In this document: piece by piece, positions 52,245 through 64,000 of the stretch
Position numbering within the stretch: position 1 is the first letter of the stretch
Layout: the number at the start of each line of letters is the position of its first letter
Source of the DNA: the human T2T-CHM13v2.0 reference genome, Homo sapiens
Length of the DNA stretch: 64,000 bases
Strand: one strand, 5' to 3'
NCBI RefSeq assembly: GCF_009914755.1
Contig: NC_060941.1
The notes under the pieces: model-generated
What the model was told of the DNA's origin: nothing
The model's input: only the letters and a program-made list of their open reading frames with translations
The model's database searches: none
Made by a program: the position numbers and the translations under genes

Positions 52245-53934
52245 TCATTGTTTTGACCCCATGAGAGGAAGTATACCTCAAAGACTAATCATGTCTTCAT
52301 GCCTTCAACTGCAGTGACTGCAGTCGGTTCTCAGACTTCTTAATTTTAATGCCCTCATGTTAAAGGAAAATGAAATTCTAGTTTAGTGAAGGTTTGCAGG
52401 AGTTTTCTGGCCACTTGGTGATTTCTTATAGGTCGACAGAGAATAAATACTTTATAGCTTCATCTATCTAGGCATCATTTAAATTTAGGACTGGTTTCCT
52501 GGGCATCGAATTAAACAAAGATAATGTAGCAATACTTCCATAGATAACTCTTTTCAGGCAGTTTTGTCAGTTTATGTATTACGTAAATGTCATTAACTTC
52601 ACTTGATTGCATCTGATTGTATTTTGGAAAATCCTGGACATGAACATGTATTTAAGTCATTATTGCAAATTACAATAAAATCGTGCATGCATTAGTAGAG
52701 TACTACTTGTTGCACAACAGAAGTCATTGGAAGCGTTGCTGAGCAACCTCAGTGAGAACGAGCTACATTACCAATAAACATTTCTGGATCTTATTTACTT
52801 GTTTATCAAGTAGAACTAATTTCTTGCAGGACAGAAATTAGGAGCTCATTGTAGCCTTCATTTAATCCCACAAAATCCCCGTTAAGTGTTAAGTGCCCTT
52901 GCTAAGGGTAGATTCTTAAACTTAACACCTAGTTGATATTTGCTATTATCTAAATTATTAAAGTCAAGATTTGCTTAATGGTTAAGTTTTTTTGTTTTAA
53001 TCCAGCTATGTTAGATACTAAAGAAGGCTTCCCCACAACCCATATGCATCTGCTTTGACTGGTGGTTTCTATCATCCTACAAAGACTGTGACTTATTGGT
53101 GAGGGCAGCTGGACAACTCTGAGAGCAACTTAGAGAAATCCATCTTGGGCACACTCTATAAAGGAGCTCCTTCTCTGCAAATAGCACCCCAGATAAGTGC
53201 ACAAAAGCAAGATACCCTCGTGGACCTACACGTCCTCCCGCTTTTCAACACCCTGATGCCTGAAGGTGAGGTCTCTTTCCTGTGTGTCTTAGAAGCCATG
53301 AGCACGCTTAGGTAACTAGAGCCCTGCCACAGCCTGAGCAGCACAGCACACATCTGCAGGCTTTCCTGCCAGACCTTTACCTAAAGGTAATTTTTCTCAT
53401 TAGGAGAGACTCCAGGTCAAGAGTGATGACAGTAAGGTTGCATTTAAAGCTGCATTACATTAAATAGTGGACTGGTCTAGTGATTATTTTCCCACACTGG
53501 GCAATATTTGCTTAATGATTAAGTTTTTTTGTTTTTGTTTTTGTTTTTTTTAATCCAGCTATGGTTGATACTAAAGGAGGTTTTCCCACTATCCGTATGC
53601 ATCTTCTCTGTTTTGAGATTGCAACTATGGACAGTTATGGCTAATCCTAGTAGATTGTCTTCCCTTTTAACATCTTGGATGAATTTGGGTCACACTAATT
53701 GTTATGTGAAGATGGATGTTGAATGTAAGTTTCTCTGCCATTCTTAGCCAATATATAAAAATTACATTAGCCTAATTGCTAACAATGCCAAGAATTTAGG
53801 TTTACTATCCCTCTGGACAATGTAGCTTCTTGTTTTCTTACCATATAGATAACTCTATAGATTCACCCCAGCCAGTCATCTTAAAATACCTGCATAGGCA
53901 GCAGAGGTATCTGTGGAGAAAGTGCATGGGATAA

Positions 53935-54095
53935 TAGGTACAGGGTGATTTTGGGAGTGATGGAAATATTCTGGAATTAGATATGGTGAAGGTTACATAA
54001 TGTGGGTGAATACACTAAAAACCACTGAAATGTACAAGTGGTGAGTTTGAGTGCTCTCTGAATTATATCTCAAATTGTTAAAAAGTTAATTAAAA
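53935..54095 (+). mobile_element. L1MB-like 3' end fragment
   Basis: GGAGTGATGGAAATATTCTGGAATTAGAT...ACTAAAAACCACTGAA...GAATTATATCTCAA. Confidence 0.65.
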
Positions 54096-55560
54096 AATCA
54101 GTGTATATGAGTCCCTCTTACCATAGAGAGGGCTTCAAGCGCATGGCCTATTGCCAAGGCTCAGCAACAGTGGTTCAGTGTGGGAAAGCCTGTGGTTTGC
54201 GCAAAGCTCCTTGGTGCCCTTTTCCCAGCTTTCTCAGTGGCTTAGGCCCTGTGTATCTATTCTAGTTGAATGCCGCCATGTTATAAGTCTGTGGAGATGT
54301 TTTGAGATAAGAAATACGTATTCAGAAAACAAGTTTGAGACTCTTAGGTGCTGGTAATTATACTTTACCTTGTCTCCAACTTGATAGCCATTCCAGGGAA
54401 CAAGCAGATTTTTAGCAATGCCTTCATAAGATGAATCATGTCTACTTCCTGGGGTGGGTGGGAGGTGGAAGAGAAGTTTGCTGTCCTGCTAAAATGTAAT
54501 AGAGTCCATTCTTCAGGTATCGTGAGTGTTTTAAGGTTTACATGGGCATTTCTTTAAGGACAGGCCATGTGTTTTAGGCATTTAAAATGATATCAATGGC
54601 TATACTATATTAGTTCAAGTAATCACAACAAACTTTTTATTATTTCTCTATAAAATCCCTCAACTTTCACCCCTTTTTTCTTTGCCAGTGTGTAGAATTT
54701 GACAGCAGTATCAAGAGCTGAGGAGAAGGAGAAGATGGAAAGGAGTCTAGCAACTTAAAAATCTCACAGCATTCTCTGTGAGGTGACCTTTTTTCCTGTT
54801 GGTGGCTCAATTTCTTTAGGACATAAAGAAGATACTGAGGCCTGTGACAGCCTGTGACAGTATCATCAAGTCGTATCTGAACTTATTGAACTGTTTCCTC
54901 CCCTTCCTTATTCTTTATTCACAGTTTGCTTTTCATGTGCATAAGTTGACTCATTTGTTTCCTGTTAGCATTTGAAACACCATATAGCCACCATAAGTCC
55001 TGACAAAATGACTTTTAATAAGGAGGGGGAAGGTCCATGTCCCACCTTCCTATGAAATTTTGGCCTATTCACAAGTCTACCCCCACATAAGAGAAGTAGT
55101 TATGTTCTGTAAAGAAGAGGTTGATAAAAACCTTTAGCATGGTGTTTTGTGACTTAGAAGTTTTAAGTAGTCGTTCTTATATCTAAGCATTTATTAATTT
55201 TGGTAAGAACATTACTATACGTTTCTGATGTCACTTTTACTGTTAAGAGGTGCCAGGGATCTGGTGACCTGTCACTTCAGGATTTGTGTGAATCAGACCA
55301 TCTAAATATAATATAAATTAGAGACTGGTACTTGTATTTCCTGATTAAAAACAAAGTAACGTCTGTTTTACTATTGAAGTAAGAGTACTTTATAATGAAT
55401 ACAAAAATGTATATTAAATATCCAGTAGAGCATGCTAAAGTGAACATTTCTGTTTTTATTTCAGCAACTTATTTTATGGTATTGTAGTTATGGCCTGTCC
55501 GAAACTCTCTGACATATTCTAAACAGCTTTCAGAGAGTCACTGAGGCTTATTTGCTACTA

Positions 55561-55882
<322 letters not shown>

Positions 55883-58800
55883 TCAAAAAAAAAAAAAAAA
55901 TGCTTAGTTAATAGTCAGCATGGTAGTTAAGAGTACTGACTCCAGGGTCACACCACCTGGGTTTGAGGCCCAGCTCTGTCAGTTACTAGCTGTGAGATCT
56001 TGGGCAAGTGACTTACCTCTTTGTGTATCAGTTTCCTGAGAATAGGAATATTACCTGTCTCATGGGGTTGTTATAAGGGTGAAATAAATGAGTTCATACA
56101 TGTAAAGCGCTTAAAACAGTGCTTGCCACTTAGCACAGCGTAGGTACTGTTCTCCGCCATTATTTGAACAGGGCCCTAGTCACTGCTTTCAGTTGCATTG
56201 CTCCTTGCTTCAACAGCCCTGATTGAATGCCTTCTTTAGTTGCATCCACACTAAAATAGATCCTTCAGTTCCTAGGGCACGCACGGGGCAGCAGCATCTT
56301 CAGAGAACAGTTCTCTCTTCCACGTCCACTTGAATTCTTATTTCATTCTCCAGTCTTTGTAGCGCCTCCATCATACTGCTTGTATCTTACATGATGGATG
56401 TGTGTTCTAAACTGACCCATGCAGTTTAGGGCCAAATACGTTGTTGTACAGAAAACAATGTACAAAGAACATGTTAGTTTAAACATATTACTAAAGGGTC
56501 ATAAAACTGGAGGTTTTCCAGGCTAGCTTTTTCAGGTTAGCTATGTACAGAAAAACTTTGTGGGCTTTTTGTTGTTGTTGTTGTTGTTGTTGTTTTTGGT
56601 TTTTGAGACAGGGTCTCGCTCTGTTGTCCAGGCTGGAGTGCAGTGGTGTGATCTCCGCTCACTGCAACCTCCGCCTCCCGGGTTCAAGTGATTGTAGTGC
56701 CTCAGCCTCCTGAGTAGCTGAGATTACAGGCACGCGCCACCACACCTGGCTAATTTTTGTATTTTTAGTAGAGACGGGGTTTCGCTATGTTGGCCAGGCT
56801 GGTCTCATACTCCTGACCTCGAGTGATCTGCCCGTCTTGACCTCTCAAAAGTGCTGAGATTACAGGTGTGAGCCACCATGCCTGGCCAGAAAAACTTTGG
56901 ATAAAGTCAAGGTATTATATAATTTGGGGGAGGATGAACGGGGGTTTGTAGTACTCTCGAATATTCTCTAACATCAGTGACGTGAGTGACCCTTATATGA
57001 ATCTTCCTCAGTTTCACCAGCTCTAGGCCCCACAGGGCAAGGGGACAGTTATAGAAAGAAGGGACCATGGACACACAGGACTAATTGCACACCCTTCCTG
57101 GCTCTTGTTAGTTCTTGGGGCCAGGACAGCTCACAGGTGTCAGAAAGTTCCAGTGAGCCCCAGTGAAAAGTGGGCTGAAATAATTGCCAGTGATTGGCTC
57201 CCCCACTGTAAAACACTGACTTGCTTGAGTGCCCGTAGCACTTGAACTGTGGGTTGCTGTGTGTGTGTGCACGGGCGTGTGTGCCCAGGTGCGGTAGGGA
57301 GTTTCATCGCATCTAGGAGCTTCATAGTAGCCATAAGATCATATTGTATTTACTCTGACTAAAGGCCAGTGTGGGATCAAAGACTCCCTTAAAGGTTCAG
57401 ACACACTTACAAATTCACCAGACACTTATTTTATTTGCCTGAATAATACTCCCTGAGCTTGCTTTTTCTGCCAGAGAGAATATTCTAAATCAGGATCACT
57501 TTAGAAGATTTGGAAGCCACATCTCTATAGCTGTGTAGTGTGTCAGATCCATCCAAATATTTAAAGCTTTTTTTTTTTTTTTTGAGATATGGTCTTACTG
57601 TGTCACCCAGGCTAGAGTGCAGTGACGTAATCATAGCTCACTGCAGCCTTGAACTCCTGGGCTCAAATGATCCTCTCACTTCAGCCTCCTGAGTAGCTGG
57701 GACTGCAGGTGTTTACCACCATACCCGACTAATTTTTTATTTTTAAATTTGTTTTGTGAAGTCAGGGTCTTACTGTGTTGCCAGGCTGGTCTGGAACTTC
57801 TGGCCTCAAGCAGTCGTCCTGCCTCTGCTCCCCAAAGTGCTGGGCCTGAGACACCACACCCAGCCTAAACTAAAAGCCATTTTTAGTAACTCCCACCAAT
57901 GTGGTTACTGTTACAAAGTTGTATGGTTTCTGGGTCATGTTTGGTATCAGAATGTGTATGTATATCCTTATAAATATGGAATGTAGAACTGATAATAGTT
58001 TACCTATCAGATTTGCAAAAATAAGGAAAGATTTTTAGCAGCTTGTAACAAACATATACATACTTGGATAAATAATTTAGAATTTTAACCCATGGCTCAT
58101 ATGCTCTTACAATATTCTCTTTGAGGGTAAAACATACTTTATTCTTAAACTTAAAGAACCTTTGATAAGCCGTGAATTATGATCTCAGTGACTACATTTC
58201 TTTTTAGGAGTTATATGTGGGGGAAGGAAAGAAGTAGCTAGCAGGGTTAACATGGAAAGCAGGAGATTATAGACAAGCATCATTTGAGCCTTTGGATACT
58301 ACAAATAATCTTCAAAAATGACAGGTTTTTTGGCTTTTTGTTTTTCCTTTCCTTTAGTGCTAGTTGCAGAATCCTATCATATTGTGGTTAGATTTCAATA
58401 AAGAATGTTTAAGATTAGGACTATGTCTTGCTTTTTAAAAAGATCCTATATTCATGTTAAAGCTTGTATATATTTGTTTTTTGTTTTTGTTTTTGTTTTT
58501 GAGATGGAGTTTCACTCTGTCCCCCAGGCTGGAGTGCGGTGGCGCAATCTCGGCTCACTACAACCTCTGCCTCCCAGGCTCAAGCAGTTGTCTGCCTCAG
58601 CCTCCCAAGCAGCTGGGACTACAGGCATGTGCCACCATACCCAGGTAATTTTTGTATTTTTAGTAGAGATGGGGTTTCCCCATGTTGGCTAGGCTGGTCT
58701 CGAACTCCTGACCTCAGGCGATCCGCCCGCCTTGGCTGTCCGAAGTGCTGGGATTACAGGCATGAGCTACCACACCTGGCCTATACTTGTTGAAAAAGAT

Positions 58801-59224
58801 GAAATTCAATTTTTATAAGACTGGCTGTAATAAAATGAACATTAGTAGCTTATTAGGGATATGGGCAGATCTGTCAGATTGCCCTGTCTTTGCCAGCTGC
58901 TGTGTGAGGGTCATGAGTAGTGACACTAAGTGGCCAGGAGAGCAGCAGGAGCTGCAGGAACAGGTGTTTCCTCACTGGCCGCTCCATCTTGAAAACTCAT
59001 GGCCCATTACCCAAGGCTGAGGGGCATCCAGAGTGAGTTATTCCACCGGCTCAATCTCTTGTCCCTTTTGTTGGGCTTACATCTTGCTGTTCACTGCATG
59101 TTCCGGGATTCATGAAGTCCTGAGCAAATCTGGTGTTGCAGCGCCATCTCTTTCTGTTGGCTTGTCTTAGTTGTCTGGAGGCCATCATTGTCTTGCCTAT
59201 ATGTCTCTGTACGCAAATCTGTAG

Positions 59225-59552
<328 letters not shown>

Positions 59553-61105
59553 TGATCCCCCCACCTCAGCCTCCCAAAGTGTTGGGATTACAGGCACGAG
59601 CCACCACGCCTGGCCTAATTTTTGCATTTTTAATAGAGATAAGGTTTTGCCCTGTTGGCCAGGCTGGTCTTGAACTCCTGACCTCAGGTGATCTACCCAC
59701 CTTGGCCTCCCAAAGTGCTGGGATTATAGGCATGTGCCACTACACCAAACCACGGTTAATTTTTGTATTTTTAGTAGAGATGGGGTTTTGCCATGTTGAC
59801 CAGGCTGATCTCGAACTCCTGGCCTCAGGTGATCCACCTGCCTTGGCCTCTGAAAGTGCTGGGATTACAGGCATGAGCCACCATGCCTGGCCGATACCCA
59901 GCTTTTGTCAGTAGTCATCATGATACCCATTGGTTGTTGGAGGAAATAGAAACAGGAATTAATCTGTAGTGGCTGTGCATGGTGGCTCATACCTGTAATC
60001 CCAGCACTTTGAGAGACTAAAGAGGGTTGCTTGCTGGGCACGGTGGCTCACGCCTGTAATCCCAGCACTTTGGGAGGCTGAGGCAGGCAGATCATGAGGT
60101 CAGGAGATCGAGACCATCCTGGCTAACACAGTGAAACCCCGTCTCTACTAAAAATACAAAAAAATTAGCCAGGCGTGGTGGCGGGCGCCTGTAGTCCCAG
60201 CTACTCAGAGGCTGAGGCAGGAGAATGGTGCAAACCCAGGAGGCGGAGCTTGCAGTGAGCCGAGATCGGGCCACTGGACTCCAGTCTGGGCGATAGTGCG
60301 AGACTCCATCTCAAAAACAAAAAAAAAAAAGAGGGTTGCTGGAGGTCAGGAGTTTGAGAGCAGCCTGGGCAACATGGCGAAACCTCATCTCTACAAAAAA
60401 ATACAAAAATTAGCTGGGTGGGGTGGCAGGTGCCTGTAGTCCCAGCTACTCGGGAGGCTGAGGTGGGAGGATTGCTTGAGCCTGGGAGGCTGCAGTGACC
60501 TGTAATTGCACTACTGCACTTCAGCCTGGGTGACAGAATGAGACCCTTTTTCAAAAAAGTTAATCTGTAATGGTCTCTGCACATTCCCAGCACCAATGAC
60601 AAAAGAGCCAGATGCCAGCAACCGACTCTGTGTGTGAGGCGGAAGATCTCAATTTTAGTGTTCAGGTGAGGAACAAAGCTGAGCAGACGTGATGTGGAAG
60701 AGAGAGCTTACTGAGTTAATTGCCAGGAGATGTATCTAAGTCAGAGGTTGGAGTTGCTCCTCTGTGTTTTGCTGGGTTCGTGCAGAGCTGCTTTTGTACC
60801 AGGTTTCTACCACTTGGGGTGCTTTTTGCTTTTCTTTTCACTTCCCACATCTCAAGCACCTGCTGTGGGTCAGCTCTGTGCAGGGGTACAAAGATGATCG
60901 ATGTGGCAGTGTACAAAACAGTCAGAATCCACTGTGGTGGCTGTACCAGCAGTATTCACATAGTGCAGTAGGAACATGGAAGCGGGGGCAGGCAGGGCCA
61001 GGGAACCCTCAGGGTGATCTAGACCCAGGGGACAACATGATCAAAAGTATGGAAATGTAAGGCTGTGATGTGATGGGGCATACCAACTGTTTAGCGCAGA
61101 GGTCA

Positions 61106-61238
61106 CCTGTAATCCCAGCACTTAGGGAGCAGAGGCCAGAGGATAGCTAGAGCCCAGGAGTTTGAGACCTGCTCAGGCAATACAGCGAGCCCCCTTTCTC
61201 CACAAAAAGGGGAAAAAAAAGACAAAAAAACCCAAGTG
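61106..61238 (+). pseudogene. BC200 (BCYRN1)-derived retrocopy, 5'-truncated
   Basis: Monomeric Alu with BC200-diagnostic GAGGATAGCT, GAGACCTGC and TTCTCCAcAAAAAGG..AAAAAAAAGACAAAAAAA; 14-bp TSD TAG(C/A)GCAGAGGTCA at 61092-61105 / 61239-61252. Confidence 0.75.
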
Positions 61239-61243
61239 TAGAG

Positions 61244-62330
<1,087 letters not shown>

Positions 62331-62820
62331 TAGTAGAGACGGGGTTTCACCATGTTAGCCAGGATGGTCTCGATCTCCTGACCTCATGATCCGCCCGCCT
62401 TGACCTCCCAAAGTGCTGGGATTACCGGTGTGAGCCACTACACCCAGCCAGCATACCATGTTTTATACGTTCTTCATCACCAGTGCATACCTCTTATGTC
62501 AAAAGAAGAGAGGAAGAGAAAAATGCACTTCAAGTATTTTACTTTTAAGGCTCGGTGGCATGTGGATTATTTGTTAACACATTTGGTGGCAAAGCACCCA
62601 ATAATAAAGATAGCTGTGACTGGGCATGGTGGCTTATGCTTGTAATCCCAGCACTTTGGGAGACCGAGGCAGGAGGACACCTTGAGCCCAGGAGTCAAGA
62701 TTGCAATGAGCTGTGATTACACTACTGCACTCCAGCCTGGTAACGGAGTGAGACCCTGTCTCTTTATTTAAATAAAGAAGGAAATATTCCTTTAAAATTT
62801 ATTTTTCCTTTTTTTTTTGA

Positions 62821-62970
<150 letters not shown>

Positions 62971-64000
62971 TAGTAGAGACGGGGTTTCACCATATTGGCC
63001 AGGTTGGTCTTGAACTACTGACCTTGTGATCCACCCATCTCAGCCTCGTAAAGTGTTGGGATTACAGGTGTGAGCCACTGCACCCGGCTCCCCCCAGCCT
63101 TTTTTTTTTTTTTGGAGACAGAGTCTTGCTCTGATGCCCAGGCTGGAGTACAGTGGTGCGCTCAGCTCATTGCAACCTCAACTTCCCTGGTTCAAGTGAT
63201 TCTTGTGCCTCAGCCACCCAAGTAGTTGGGATTATAGGTGTGAGCCACCACGCCTGGGTAATTTTTTGTATTTTTAGTAGAGATGGGATTCTCCATGTTG
63301 GCCAGGCTGGCGTCAAACTCCTGACCCTAAGTGATTTGCCCGCCTTGGCCTCCCAAAGGGCTGGGATTACAGGAGTGAGCCACTGCGCCTGACCTAAAAA
63401 TTTTTTTCTGACCATTGCTTGCTTTTCTGGGAATCTTGTGATAAGTGCTTTGTCTGATAATGCTGATGGATTTTTTCAGCACAGATGTCTTTTTTTTTTT
63501 TTTTTTTTTTTTTTTTGAGACAGGGTCTCGCTCTGTCACCCAGGCTGGCATGCAGTGGTGCAACCGTAGCTCACTGCAACCTCAAACTCTTGGGTTTAGT
63601 GATCCTTTCACTTCAGCCTCCCAAGTAGCTGGGACTACAGGTGCATGCCTGGCTTAGTTTTTTAAAAAAATGTTTTAAAACTGTTTTAGTGATGGGGTCT
63701 TGCTATGTTGCCCTCAAACTCCTAGGCTCAGGTGATCCTCCCACCTCCGCCTCCTGTGTTGCTGGGATTACGGGGATGAGCCACTGCATGCAGCTAGGAA
63801 TATTTCCTTACAGCAGAATTTCTTCACAAGAATTAAAACTACATTTTTGTAGTTTCAGTTGCAGGCTACAACTGAAGCAGGTTTCTGAGTGGCTCATTTG
63901 TTAGCTAGGCAAGGAAAGCCATTTACTGATGTTGAGTTAATTAAATTGTGTTTGACTGCAGCAGCTGGAGAAGTGTGTCCAGATAAAACACATTTTTGTT

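Noticed and set aside
52971-52980. TTGCTTAAT as a U12-type branch site
   Set aside because: Differs from TTCCTTAAC, a long poly-U tract follows, and the UNK exon 1 donor is not GTATCCTT; consistent with a U2 intron.
53297-53340. ATGA...AA...TGA candidate SECIS after micro-ORF A
   Set aside because: The upper stem does not pair as a SECIS requires.
57880-58440. Cluster of U-rich TTAG motifs resembling Unkempt binding sites
   Set aside because: Expected in AT-rich sequence, with no clear exon structure to make them cytoplasmic.

Overview
Human (primate) genomic DNA. Gene content matches chr17q25.1. In order: (1) the 3' two-thirds of ITGB4 (+; cytoplasmic-domain exons 893-18780, polyA signal 19021), including the beta4B/C/D/E splice options; (2) the complete GALK1 gene (-; 26360-19281), tail-to-tail with ITGB4; (3) an Alu/L1-rich spacer carrying an intact HERV-H solo LTR (LTR7 family) with a 5-bp TSD; (4) the complete H3-3B/H3F3B histone H3.3 gene (-) with its TATA/octamer/CRE/6xCCAAT promoter and long multi-PAS 3' UTR; (5) the MIR4738 hairpin; (6) UNK exon 1 (+) and about 18 kb of its first intron. 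Most ORF-track entries are Alu-derived or shadow ORFs. The most interesting unexplained signal is in UNK intron 1: two diverged tandem copies (about 52970 and 53505) of a module made of a branch point, a poly-U tract, a 3' splice site and an ATG. Each copy stops the UNK frame within a few codons (poison-exon-like). A second frame holds an indel-free 27-codon micro-ORF (MLDTKEGFPTTHMHLL*LVVSIILQRL* vs MVDTKGGFPTIRMHLLCFEIATMDSYG*), with substitutions biased to third positions, stops at the same codon and a TGA aligned to Cys. Repeat subfamily calls and exon numbers are from recognition, not from a search.
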